Made by a program: the position numbers and the translations under genes. A stretch of DNA of 64,000 nucleotides from contig JBHGNT010000014.1 in the NCBI GenBank assembly GCA_043228905.1, positions 9,424,001 through 9,488,000 of the forward strand, in the 5' to 3' direction. The DNA comes from Azolla caroliniana (Eukaryota > Plantae > Polypodiophyta). Each line of letters opens with the position of its first letter. Position 1 is the first letter of the stretch. Below, piece after piece: positions 1 to 10,565 of the stretch. The notes beneath the pieces were generated by a model, which saw only the letters and a list, made by a program, of their open reading frames with translations, was not told the DNA's origin and searched no databases.

Positions 1-275
1 CAAGTGTTGCACCAACAAGAATGACAACAACTATATATTCTGTTTCCCTAAGTCATATTTATACTAATATGATTTTTTGGCTATTTACAAATATAGCCCC
101 GATGGACTCTCAGAAACATACTTACAAATATGTCCATTCATCTGGTGAGCACTCCTCACCGGGCCTGCATCATCCGGTCTCACCGAGTCTTCCGTTTCCG
201 AGTACTCCTCATCCGGTTCTCACCGGGTCTGCACCATCCGGGTCTTCACCATCCGGAGGCACCTGTTTCCTAACA
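1..275 (-). repeat. 3' LTR of Copia A (partial)
   Basis: Matches 10132-10565 apart from fewer internal tandem units. PPT (rc GGAGGGAAGGGGGAGTT) is adjacent. Confidence 0.93.
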
Positions 276-294
276 AACTCCCCCTTCCCTCCGG

Positions 295-3149
295 CATGGG
301 ATGTCTTACTAGTCCGATCCGCTTCCGGCATGCATCTAGCTTGTCAGCATATCTGACCTGTTCTCGGCCATGTGGACCTTCGTCAGCGCGAACTCTTGGT
401 CATCTACTCGTTCCCGGATCCAGTGATACCTTAGCTGGATATGCTTCGTCCGGGAATGGTAGGCCGCATTCTTAGCAAGGTGGATGGCACTTTGACTATC
501 GCAATAGAGCTGGTATTCATCTTCCCGGATACCGAGCTCTCCGATGAAGTCCTTCATCCATAATATTTCCTTGCCGGCTTCCGCAACCGCCATGTACTCC
601 GCCTCCGTGGTTGACAACGCAACTGTCTTCTGCAACCTCGACTGCCACGAAACAGCAGCCCCTGCATATGTCATTACATACCCGGATGTAGACCGGTTGG
701 TATCCACATCAGCCGACATGTCCGAGTCGGTAAAACCGTCAAGTTGAGGTTTACAGGAGCCGAATCGGAGACACATATTCGAAGTGCCCTTCAAGTACCG
801 GAGTATCCATTTGACCGCGTTCCAGTGCTCCTTGCCGGGATTACTCATAAACCGGCTCACCACTCCGACTGTGTATCCTATATCTGGTCGGGAACAAACC
901 ATTGCGTACATTAAGCTCCCGACGACAGAGGCATATGGAACCTTCATCATATCAACCTTCTCTGCTTTCGTCTTCGGGCTTTGCTTACCGAATCATCTGC
1001 AGTTTGCCGGGAGTGTCGATCCGACCGGTTTCGCATCTGACATGTTGAACCGGTGAAGCACCTTTGTCACATACTTCTCCTATGACAGCCACAATTGCTT
1101 CACTGACCGGTTCCTAATAATATGCATCCCCAGCATCTGTCTTGCCGGACTCAAGTCTTTCATTGAGAAGGTCCGGTTGAGAGCCTTCTTCAGCATCCGT
1201 ATTTTGGCTTGGTCCCGTCCAACGATCAACATGTCGTCCACGTACAGAAGGAGTATCAGGAAGTCGCCTCCTTCGAACTTCTTCACAAACACGCAGTGAT
1301 TGGCCTATGTCTTGTGGTACCCTTGATTAGTCATGAAGGAGTCGAACTTCCGGTACCATTGTCGGGGAGCCTGCTTCAGTCCGTACAGGTTCTTCTTCAA
1401 CTGGCATACCAGGTGCTCCTTCCCTTTCTCCACGAATCCTTCCGGTTGCTGCATGTAGATCTCTTCGAGCTCCATGCTTGCCGCTATACTCAACACCGTC
1501 CGGTTGGAGGTCATCTTTACTACTGGGGAAAATATCTCGTCGAAGTCCACGCCCTTCTTCTGCTGGAACCCCTTCACCATGATCCTGGCTTTGTATCTCG
1601 GAGGGTTGCCGGCGTCTCCCGGTTTCAACTTGTACACCCACTTATTTCGGAGTGCCGGCTTTCCTTTCGGCAACTCCACCAATTCATACGTATGGTTCTC
1701 ATGCAAGGAATCCATCTCATCCTGCATGGCACTTAACCATTTACGGCTGTGGGTGTCATCCTTCGCCTCTACGAAGCTTTCTGGCTCCCCCTCATCGGTT
1801 AGCAGCACATGCTTTTCATCCGGAAATCTCCGGGGGCCCCTTCTCTCTCTGAGAGGATATCTCCGTCTTTGGGCTTCGGTAACCGGCTCCTCCATTTGCT
1901 CTTCATCCGAATCCGATTCGGGATGTTCGCCAGTTCCGGTTTCAGCTTCCTCTACTTCTTCTTCTGTCGGTTCGGTATCCTCACCGTAACCGGCCGGTTC
2001 CTCGAGTGCTAACCGGTCTCTTGCCGGTTGGGACTACTCATCGTAGAATCGATCCTTACCGGTCGACTCAGAGTTCATTATCTTCTTCTCCGACTCCCAG
2101 TCGGCGAGCGTCTTATCCTCCATAAAGATAATATCTCGACTCCGGAATACCTTCTTGTCAACCAGGTCCCACACTCGGTAGCCGAACTCATCGTTGCCGT
2201 AACCGAGGAATATGCATGGCCGGGTCTTTGGATCTAACTTTACTCTCTGGTCCTTAGCTACATGCACGTACGCGAGACACCCGAACACCTTCAGATGCCA
2301 GTAGGACACTTCCTTACCGGTCCAGACTCTCTGTGGCGTGTCTCCGTCCAAGGGTACTGAGGGTGATCTGTTTATCACATATGTCATCGTCGACAGTGCC
2401 TCAACCCAAAACTTCTTGGGTAGCTTTGCATGCGCCAACATACTTTGGACCCTCTCCATTATGGTCCGGTTCATCCTCTCGGCCATCTCGTTTAGTTCCG
2501 ACGTTTTTGGCACGGTAATTTCGAGTCGGATTCCCTTCAAGCGACAGTACTCCTCGAACTGCCCCCGGTATTCACCTCTGTTATTTGCTCGAACCGCCTT
2601 CAGCTTCTGGCCGGTTTCTCTTTCCACTCTCGCGTGGAGCTCTTTGAAGATGGATAGCACCTGATCCTTCGTCTTCAACAGTGTGGCCCATAGCTTCCGG
2701 CTGTGGTCATCTATGAACATTACGAAGTACTGCGATCCTGCATGTGACTTCATGTCCACTTGACACACATCAGTATGCACCAACTCCAGTGGTGCATTAC
2801 ACCTCATCGGTGGCCTTGGTCGGAAAGAGGTCCGGTTTTGCTTACTAGCCAAAGAGTCAGTGCACTTCACCAAGTGCCCGTTCTTCACTGGAATGAGGTT
2901 GTCGTCTGCAAGACTCTTCATCCCCTTCTCGCTCATGTGACACAGCCTTTAGTGCCACAGCTCACCGGCAGTGTCGGATGCCACGTTCACTTCCTCCGGA
3001 CATAACCAGGCATTCATGAGGTACAACGTGTTTACCTTTCGGGCCTGAGCCACAATCAGGCTCCCTTTGCTTAACTTCATAACACCGTTCCGGATGCTAC
3101 CCATGTAGCCTTCATCATCTAGCCGACTGACTGATATCAGGTTCAGACG
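295..3149 (-). pseudogene. pol: Copia A pol remnant (GAG-pre-integrase, integrase, RT, RNase H)
   Basis: ORFs 2034-2936 (LELVHTDVC, integrase), 1305-1895 and 1080-1292 (RT, LLLYVDDML) and 336-950 (RNase H, STTEAEY). Contains stops and deletions. Confidence 0.95.
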
Positions 3150-3845
3150 TGTTGGGATTTCGGTCCCTCCGGATGGGATGTCCGGAGATGAATGACGGCA
3201 AGCCCGGTTGCGGTTACGGTGCCGGATGATGAAGACCCCGGCTACGGAGCCGGATGATGAAGACCCCGGCTACGGTGCCGGATGATGAAGACCCCGGCTA
3301 CGGAGCCGGATGATGAATACCCCGGCTACGGAGCCGGATGATGAAGACCCCGGCTACGGTGCCGGATGACGAATGTACCCGGAGGGAGATCCGGATGCGG
3401 GGACATATTTGTGAATATGTTTGCCAAGAGCCCTTGAGGCTATATTTGTAAATAGCCCGAAAGTCATATGTGTATAAATATGACTTAGGGCAAACAGTTT
3501 ATGTTGTTGCTCATTTTTCTGTTTTCCACTAAGAGGGAGCGAAGTGAGAGCAGCCGAGAGAGAGTGAGAGAGAAAGAGGAAGGAAGAGGTCGACGCCTCT
3601 GTGTAATACCGCCGCCTGTGGCGAGGACAGTGAGCTCAAGGTCGTCGCCTTGCAGCTCGCCATTGTACATTCCCGCGTATAGTGATAGTTGGAGTCTTGC
3701 ACTCCCGTGGTTTTTCCCATTTAGGGTTTTCCACGTAAAACATCCAGTGTACCCTTCTCTCTATTGTTTTCGTGCATTGTGGTATTTCCCGTTTTCTGTG
3801 AATCGATCCAGTTCCTCGGTTGTGGCCGAGCACGGAATTCCGACA
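3150..3845 (+). repeat. 5' LTR of Copia B (696 bp) with 28-bp tandem array
   Basis: Near-identical to 7961-8657. TATA-like TATAAATA at ~3473. Confidence 0.98.
3217..3382 (+). repeat. 28-bp tandem repeat (CGGWGCCGGATGATGAAKACCCCGGCTA), 5 units plus a partial unit
   Basis: Read directly; units start at 3217, 3245, 3273, 3301, 3329 and 3357. Also present in the 3' LTR and the solo LTR at 42215. Confidence 0.95.
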
Positions 3846-3848
3846 AAG

Positions 3849-3860
3849 TGGTATCAGAGC
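3849..3860 (+). promoter_or_regulatory. Primer binding site for initiator tRNA-Met
   Basis: TGGTATCAGAGC lies 3 nt after the LTR; this is the canonical plant iMet PBS. Confidence 0.97.
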
Positions 3861-3876
3861 GACGGTAACACAGAAA

Positions 3877-6800
3877 ATGGAAGGCGGCAGCAGCGGGCAG
3901 CCGGGGATGATGGTGCTGAATGCGCAGAACTACGCCGACTGGAAGATAAAGATGGAGGATCTGCTCATTGTTCGGGACCTGTATGAACCGATCGACAGGT
4001 CGGAAATACCCAAGGGGGTACTTGAGACGGAGTGGAGGCTTCTGAACCGGAAAGCCGTTGCAACCATTCGGCAATACGTCGACGTGAGCGTTCTACAACA
4101 CGTGGCGAACGACACCAACGCATATGAGATGTGGAGGAAGCTGTCGGGCCTCTACGAGAGGAAGAATGCGTTGAACCGAACCTCCCTGATGAGAAAGATA
4201 GTGAACCTCAAGTATCGGGACGGCGAGAGTATGGTGGAACACGTAAGCACGTTCATGGGATTCGTGAACCAGCTTGCGGCGATCAAGTTCCCGTTGGAGG
4301 ATGCAATGCAAGCCATCATTCTGATGTGTACATTGCCGGAAAGCTGGGAGAACTTGGTGGTGACTCTCAGCACCTCCTGCACCGAAGATAACTTGTCTCT
4401 ACAAACGGTAAAGACAAGCATTTTGAACGAAGAAGCGCGTCGGAGAGATAAAGAACCGGCCTCCGACTCGAAGGCGCTGCTTACCGAATCGGATCGGGGA
4501 AGACAATGGAACCGGAGTCCGCAAAGACGGGAGAAGTCGGGGACCCGGTCGCAGTCAAGAGGAAGGCCCACATGCTTCCACTGTGGGAAGCCGGGGCACT
4601 TCCGGAAGAATTGTCGACATTACCGAAAGGACAACGGAGCCGACGACACCGATTCGAAGAAGTCACCGGAGAGAAACGGTGCATACCGGGGAGCCACGGA
4701 CCGGAGAGGTCCGGATCGGCGAGGGCAGGACCGGAAAGGAACGACGGCACTCGCGGCAAGTGAAGAAGAGATAATGCTCATTACCGAAGAGAGGGAGCTG
4801 AACCTTGCCGGTGTAGAGATGACCTGGGTGGTCGATTCCGGAGCGTCGTTCCACCTGACCCCGGAGAAGAAATACTTCTCATCCTACACAGCCGGTGAGC
4901 ATGGCTGTGTCCGGATGGGAAATGAAGGCACATGCCGGATTACCGGCATAGGAGACGTGTGGCTGATGACATCAACCGGATGCAAGATGCTGCTGAAGGA
5001 TGTGCGACACGTTCCGGAAGTCCGATTGAACCTGATCTCGGCCGGGAGGCTAGATGATGAAGGCTACACGGGTAGCATCCGGAACGGTGTCATGAAGTTC
5101 AGCAAGGGGAGCCTGATAGTGGCTCGGGCCCGGAAGGTCAACACACTGTACCTGATGAACTCCCGGCTATGTCCGGAAGAGCTGAATGTGGCAGCCGACA
5201 CTGCCGGTGAGCTGTGGCACAAAAGACTGTGCCACATGAGTGAGAAGGGGATGAAGAGGCTTGCAGAAGACAACCTTATCCCAGTGAAGCATGTGCACCT
5301 GGAAAAGTGCACCGATTGCCTGGCCGGTAAGCAGAACCGAACCTCCTTCCACTCAAGGCCACCGACGAGACGTAGCGCACCATTGGAGTTGGTGCACACC
5401 GATGTGTGTCAGGTAGAAACGAAGTCACATGGCGGAGCCCAGTACTTCGTAACATTCATAGATGATCATAGCCGAAGACTGTGGACGGCACCGATGAAGA
5501 CAAAGGACCAAGTGTTGTCCGTCTTCAAAGAACTCCACGCGAGAGTGGAAAGAGAATCCGGCAAGAAGCTGAAAGCGATACGAGCGGATAACGGAGGGGA
5601 ATACCGGGGGCAGTTCCAGGAGTACTGTCGCTCGAAGGGGATCCGGCTCGAGTTTACTGTGCCGAAGACGCCGGAACTGAACGGGCTGGCCGAGAGGATG
5701 AACCGGACCATAATGGAGAGGGTCCGGAGTATGCTGGCGCATGCGAAATTACCCAAGGGGTTTTGGGCTGAGGCAATGTCGACGGCGACGTATGTGATAA
5801 ATAGATCACCCTCAGTACCTTTGGACGGAGACACGCCGCAGAAAGTGTGGACCGATAAGGAAGTGTCCTACCGGCATCTGAAGGTGTTCGGGTGTCTCGC
5901 ATACGTGCATGTGGCAAAGGACCGGAGAGGAAAGCTAGATCCAAAGACCCGGCCATGCATATTCCTCGGTTACGGCGACGACGAGTTCGGCTACCGAGTA
6001 TGGGACCCGGTCGACAAGAAGATATTCAGGAGTCGAGATATCATCTTCATGGAGAACAAGACACTCGCCGACTGGGAGTCGGAGAAGAAGATGAAGAGCT
6101 CCAAGTCGACCGGTGAGGATCAACTCTACGAGGAGCAGTCCCGACCGGCAAGGGACCGGTTAGCTCTCGAGGATCCGGCCGAAGACGGTGAAGAAACAGA
6201 ACCGGCCGAAGAAGATGAAAATGATACCGGAACCGGCCCCGATCCCGAAATGGATTCGGATGAAGAAGAATCGGAAGAACCGGTTACCGAAGCTCCGGAA
6301 CGGAGATATCCTCTAAGAGAGAGAAGGGCCCCCCGGAGATTTCCGGAACCAGAGCACGTGCTGCTAACCGACGAGGGGGAGCCGGAGAGCTTTGAAGAAG
6401 CAAAGCATGACACCCAGAGCCGCAGGTGGTTGAGTGCCATGCAGGACGAGATGGATTCCCTGCATGAGAACCACACATATGAACTTGTGGAGTTGCCGAA
6501 AGGAAAGCGGGCACTTCGAAACAAGTGGGTGTTCAAGCTGAAACCGGGAGATGCCGGAAACCCCCCGAGATACAAAGCCAGGATCGTGGTGAAGGGGTTT
6601 CAGCAGAAGAAGGGCGTCGACTTCGACGAGATATTTGCCCCGGTAGTGAAGATGACCTCCATCCGGACGGTGCTGAGCATAGCGGCAAGCATGGACCTCG
6701 AGGTAGAACAGATGGACGTGAAGACGGCATTCCTTCACGGTGACCTCGAAGAAGAGATCTACATGCAGCAACCGGAAGGATTCGAGAAGAAAGGGAAGGA

Positions 6801-7950
6801 GCACCTGGTATGCCGGTTGAAGAAGAGCCTTTACGGACTGAAGCAGGCTCCCCGGCAATGGTACCGGAAGTTCGACTCCTTCATGACCGACGAAGGGTAC
6901 CACAAAACGCAGTCCGATCACTGCGTGTTTGTGAAGAAGTTCGAAGGAGGAGACTTTCTAATACTCCTCCTATACGTGGACGACAAGTTGATCGTCGGAC
7001 GGGACCAAGTCAAGATACGGATGCTGAAGAAGGCTCTTCACCGAACCTTCTCAATGAAGGACCTGGGTCCGGCGAGGAAAATACTAGGGATGCACATCAT
7101 CCGGGACCGGAAGAAGAAGCAGTTGTGGCTGTCACAGGAGAAGTACGTGACAAAGGTGCTTCACCGGTTCAACATGTCGGAAGCAAGACCGGTCGGGTCA
7201 ACCCTCCCGGCAAACTGCAAGTTGTCCAGCAAGCAGAGCCCCAAGACAAAGGCTGAGAAGGAGGACATGATGAAAGTACCATATGCCTCTGCCGTCGGAA
7301 GCTTGATGTACGCAATGGTGTGTACAAGACCGGACATAGGATACGCAGTCGGAGTGGTGAGCCGGTACATGAGCAATCCCGGCAAAGACCACTGGAACGC
7401 GGTCAAGTGGATACTCCGATACCTGAAGGGCACGGCAAACGTGTGCCTCCGATTCGGCTCCGGTAAGCCCGAACTTGACGGCTTTACCGATTCGGATATG
7501 TCGGCTGATGAAGATACCAGCCGGTCCACATCAGGGTATGTGATGACGTATGCAGGGGGAGCTGTTTCGTGGCAGTCGAGGCTGCAGAAGACGGTTGCGT
7601 TGTCAACCACGGAGGCGGAGTACATGGCGGCTGTTGAAGCCGGCAAGGAAATAATATGGATGAAGGACTTCATTAGAGAGCTCGGTATCCGGCAAGAGGA
7701 GTACCGACTCTACTGCGACAGTCAGAGTGCCATCCACCTTGCGAAGAACGCGGCCTATCACTCCCGGACGAAGCACATCCAGCGAAGATATCACTGGATC
7801 CGGGAAAGGATAGAAGACCAGGAGTTCATGCTGACGAAGATCCACACGGAAGAGAACGGGTCAGATATGCTGACCAAAGTGCTCACACCCGACAAGCTGG
7901 AAGCGTGCCGGAAGAGGGTCGGATTGGAGAGACATCCCATGCCGAAGTGA
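3877..7950 (+). CDS. gag-pol: Copia Gag-Pol polyprotein (1357 aa from the first ATG after the PBS)
   Basis: Zinc knuckle CFHCGKPGHFRKNC, protease WVVDSGAS, HHCC LWHKRLCH, integrase DDE core, RT YVDD and RNase H. No interruption. Confidence 0.98.
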   Translation: MEGGSSGQPGMMVLNAQNYADWKIKMEDLLIVRDLYEPIDRSEIPKGVLETEWRLLNRKAVATIRQYVDVSVLQHVANDTNAYEMWRKLSGLYERKNALNRTSLMRKIVNLKYRDGESMVEHVSTFMGFVNQLAAIKFPLEDAMQAIILMCTLPESWENLVVTLSTSCTEDNLSLQTVKTSILNEEARRRDKEPASDSKALLTESDRGRQWNRSPQRREKSGTRSQSRGRPTCFHCGKPGHFRKNCRHYRKDNGADDTDSKKSPERNGAYRGATDRRGPDRRGQDRKGTTALAASEEEIMLITEERELNLAGVEMTWVVDSGASFHLTPEKKYFSSYTAGEHGCVRMGNEGTCRITGIGDVWLMTSTGCKMLLKDVRHVPEVRLNLISAGRLDDEGYTGSIRNGVMKFSKGSLIVARARKVNTLYLMNSRLCPEELNVAADTAGELWHKRLCHMSEKGMKRLAEDNLIPVKHVHLEKCTDCLAGKQNRTSFHSRPPTRRSAPLELVHTDVCQVETKSHGGAQYFVTFIDDHSRRLWTAPMKTKDQVLSVFKELHARVERESGKKLKAIRADNGGEYRGQFQEYCRSKGIRLEFTVPKTPELNGLAERMNRTIMERVRSMLAHAKLPKGFWAEAMSTATYVINRSPSVPLDGDTPQKVWTDKEVSYRHLKVFGCLAYVHVAKDRRGKLDPKTRPCIFLGYGDDEFGYRVWDPVDKKIFRSRDIIFMENKTLADWESEKKMKSSKSTGEDQLYEEQSRPARDRLALEDPAEDGEETEPAEEDENDTGTGPDPEMDSDEEESEEPVTEAPERRYPLRERRAPRRFPEPEHVLLTDEGEPESFEEAKHDTQSRRWLSAMQDEMDSLHENHTYELVELPKGKRALRNKWVFKLKPGDAGNPPRYKARIVVKGFQQKKGVDFDEIFAPVVKMTSIRTVLSIAASMDLEVEQMDVKTAFLHGDLEEEIYMQQPEGFEKKGKEHLVCRLKKSLYGLKQAPRQWYRKFDSFMTDEGYHKTQSDHCVFVKKFEGGDFLILLLYVDDKLIVGRDQVKIRMLKKALHRTFSMKDLGPARKILGMHIIRDRKKKQLWLSQEKYVTKVLHRFNMSEARPVGSTLPANCKLSSKQSPKTKAEKEDMMKVPYASAVGSLMYAMVCTRPDIGYAVGVVSRYMSNPGKDHWNAVKWILRYLKGTANVCLRFGSGKPELDGFTDSDMSADEDTSRSTSGYVMTYAGGAVSWQSRLQKTVALSTTEAEYMAAVEAGKEIIWMKDFIRELGIRQEEYRLYCDSQSAIHLAKNAAYHSRTKHIQRRYHWIRERIEDQEFMLTKIHTEENGSDMLTKVLTPDKLEACRKRVGLERHPMPK

Positions 7951-7960
7951 AGGGGGAGTT

Positions 7961-8657
7961 TGTTGGGATTTCGGTCCCTCCGGATGGGATGTCCGGAGAT
8001 GAATGACGGCAAGCCCGGTTGCGGTTACGGTGCCGGATGATGAAGACCCCCGGCTACGGAGTCGGATGATGAAGACCCCGGCTACGGTGCCGGATGATGA
8101 AGACCCCGGCTACGGAGCCGGATGATGAATACCCCGGCTACGGAGCCGGATGATGAAGACCCCGGCTACGGTGCCGGATGACGAATGTACCCGGAGGGAG
8201 ATCCGGATGCGGGGACATATTTGTGAATATGTTTGCCAAGAGCCCTTGAGGCTATATTTGTAAATAGCCCGAAAGTCATATGTGTATAAATATGACTTAG
8301 GGCAAACAGTTTATGTTGTTGCTCATTTTTCTGTTTTCCACTAAGAGGGAGCGAAGTGAGAGCAGCCGAGAGAGAGTGAGAGAGAAAGAGGAAGGAAGAG
8401 GTCGACGCCTCTGTGTAATACCGCCGCCTGTGGCGAGGACAGTGAGCTCAAGGTCGTCGCCTTGCAGCTCGCCATTGTACATTCCCGCGTATAGTGATAG
8501 TTGGAGTCTTGCACTCCCGTGGTTTTTCCCATTTAGGGTTTTCCACGTAAAACATCCAGTGTACCCTTCTCTCTATTGTTTTCGTGCATTGTGGTATTTC
8601 CCGTTTTCTGTGAATCGATCCAGTTCCTCGGTTGTGGCCGAGCACGGAATTCCGACA
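7961..8657 (+). repeat. 3' LTR of Copia B (697 bp)
   Basis: Differs from the 5' LTR by one inserted C and one C>T by visual comparison. Confidence 0.98.
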
Positions 8658-8662
8658 AGACG

Positions 8663-9776
8663 AACCTCCGGAACGTGTCAGACATCTTTCAGTAGCAGCT
8701 TGCATCTGGTTGGCGTTGTCAACCACACGTCTCCTATGCCGACAATTCGGCATGTACCTTCATTCCCCATCCGGACACAACCGTGATCACCGGCTGAGTA
8801 GGATGAGAAGCATTTCCGGTTCAGGGTAAGGTGGAACTACGCTCCAGAGTCAACCACCCAGGTCATCTCGTCACCGGCAAGGTTTATCTCACTCTCCTCG
8901 GTGATGAGCATCAACTCTTCTTCACTTGCCGCAATTGTCGTCGTTCCCTTCCGGTTCGTTCCCCTCCGGTCTTTACCGTTCCGGTTCGGTGTCCGCTTCG
9001 AATCGGTACCATCGGTTTCCTTGTCTTTACGGAAATGTTGACAGTTCTTCTGGAAGTGTCCCGGCTTGCCGCAATAGAAGCAAGTAGGCCTCCCCCTTGA
9101 CTTTGACCGCGTCCCCGACTTTTCCCGGTTCTGGGGACTGCGGTTTCTATGTCTTACGCATTCCGATTCGGTAAGGAGCGCTTTGGAGTCGGACCTCGTA
9201 TCCTTATCTTTTCGACGCGCCTCCTCATCTAGCAAGCTCGACTTCACTCTTGCTAGGGATAACCGTTTCCCTTTCCGGCTCGGCATTGCCCAAAGTGACA
9301 ACCAACGTCTCCCAGCTATCCAGGAGGGAACCGAGCAGGAGTAGCGCTAGTACCTCATCGGCAAGAGGTACTTCCAATGATGTTTCCTGGTGGATCAGCC
9401 CCTGGAAGGCATTCATGTGCTCCGCCATGCTGGAGCCATCTTGGTACCGGAGTCTTTCTAGCTTCCGGAATACCGAAACCTGATTAACAACATTTTTGTT
9501 TTGAAACATAATGTCAATCTTCTCCCAGAGCTCATGAGCCTTGCTCTCTTGATTGAAGTTGTTGTATAGGCTCATGTCAATGAAGCACCATATGTACGCC
9601 GTTGTCTTCATGTGCATCACCTCCCATATCGCGGCGTCAATTTTGTCCGGTCTGTTGTCCCCAAACTGAACCCGCAACCAAAGATCTTTAACCACGAGCA
9701 TGTCCCTCATCTTCGACTTCCACACCGAATAGTTGGAGCCAGTGAGCTTGAACATGCCTCCCAACGAATCGTACAT
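8663..9776 (-). pseudogene. gag: Copia A gag and protease remnant
   Basis: MYDSLGGMFKLTGSNYSVWK start, zinc knuckle CFYCGKPGHFQKNC and WVVDSGA. Frameshifted. Confidence 0.93.
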
Positions 9777-9806
9777 TTTCTGTGTCGTTTTGCTCTGATA
9801 CCACTT

Positions 9807-10565
9807 TGACAGGAACTGCACGCTCCCTATGCGCAACACTCAGTCACAACCGTGCTTAGAATCATACACAGAAAAAACGGGAAATGAAAGAACGACACAA
9901 TGGAGAGAGGAGTACACAGGATGTTAGCGTGGAAAAACCCAAACTTGGGAAAAAACCATGGCAGCCCCTAGACTGCAAACTATCACTATATCCGAATGTA
10001 CAATAGTGAGCTCACGGAGGCAACGACCTCGTGCTCACGATCTTCGCCACAGGCGGCAGTTACAACAGAGGCAGCGACCTCTGCCTCTCTCTCTCTCTCT
10101 CTCTCTCTCTTTGTACACAGTTACACGCTCTCAAGTCTTGCACCAACAAGAATGACAACAACTATATATTCTGTTTCCCTAAGTCATATTTATACTAATA
10201 TGACTTTTCGGCTATTTACAAATATAGCCCCGATGGACTCTCAGAAACATATTTACAAATATGTCCATTCATCTGGTGAGCACTCCTCACCGGGCCTGCA
10301 TCATCCGGCACTTGCCGGGTACTCGTCATCCGGTTCTCACCGGGTCTTCCGTTTCCGGGTACTCCTCATCCGGTTCTCACCGGGTCTGCACCATTCGGCT
10401 CTCCGTAGCCGGGTACTCGTCATCCGGTTCTCACCGAGTCTTCTGTTTCCGGGTACTCCTCATCCGGTTCTCACCGGGTCTGCACCATCTGGCTCTCCGT
10501 AGCCGGGTACTCGTTATCCGGTTCTCACCGGGTCTTCACCATCCGGAGGGACCTGTTTCCTAACA
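9807..10565 (-). repeat. 5' LTR of Copia A with CCGG-rich tandem array (~10290-10545) and (CT)n
   Basis: TG..CA termini; followed on - by AAG and TGGTATCAGAGCA. Confidence 0.93.

Larger units (their letters stand above)
3150..8657 (+). mobile_element. Ty1/Copia LTR retrotransposon B, full length and intact
   Basis: LTRs 3150-3845 and 7961-8657 (TG..CA). TSD AGACG at 3145-3149 and 8658-8662. PBS TGGTATCAGAGC at 3849-3860, PPT at ~7949-7960, one open polyprotein. Confidence 0.99.
1..10565 (-). mobile_element. Ty1/Copia LTR retrotransposon A, degenerate, 3' LTR runs off the window, split by element B
   Basis: 5' LTR 9807-10565 and partial 3' LTR 1-275 are homologous and both end TAACA on +. 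Met-tRNA PBS at 9791-9803 and PPT at 276-292. Remnants lie in gag-PR-INT-RT-RH order. Confidence 0.95.

Noticed and set aside
3217-3382. CRISPR-like array of 28-bp repeats
   Set aside because: The units are head-to-tail with no unique spacers, lie inside LTRs, and have no cas genes nearby.
3820-3876. Upstream non-ATG start for the B polyprotein
   Set aside because: It lies in the LTR and PBS; the ATG at 3877 matches the Gag start of G.
3485-4074. Short ORFs duplicated in LTRs (also 8297-8786, 43771-44406, 58160-58859, 21-356, 9996-10563)
   Set aside because: They are chance frames through LTR microsatellites and repeats, and are duplicated only because the LTRs are.
4093-8012. Many antisense and alternative-frame ORFs over pol genes
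   Set aside because: Shadow ORFs of GC-rich coding sequence with no independent motifs.
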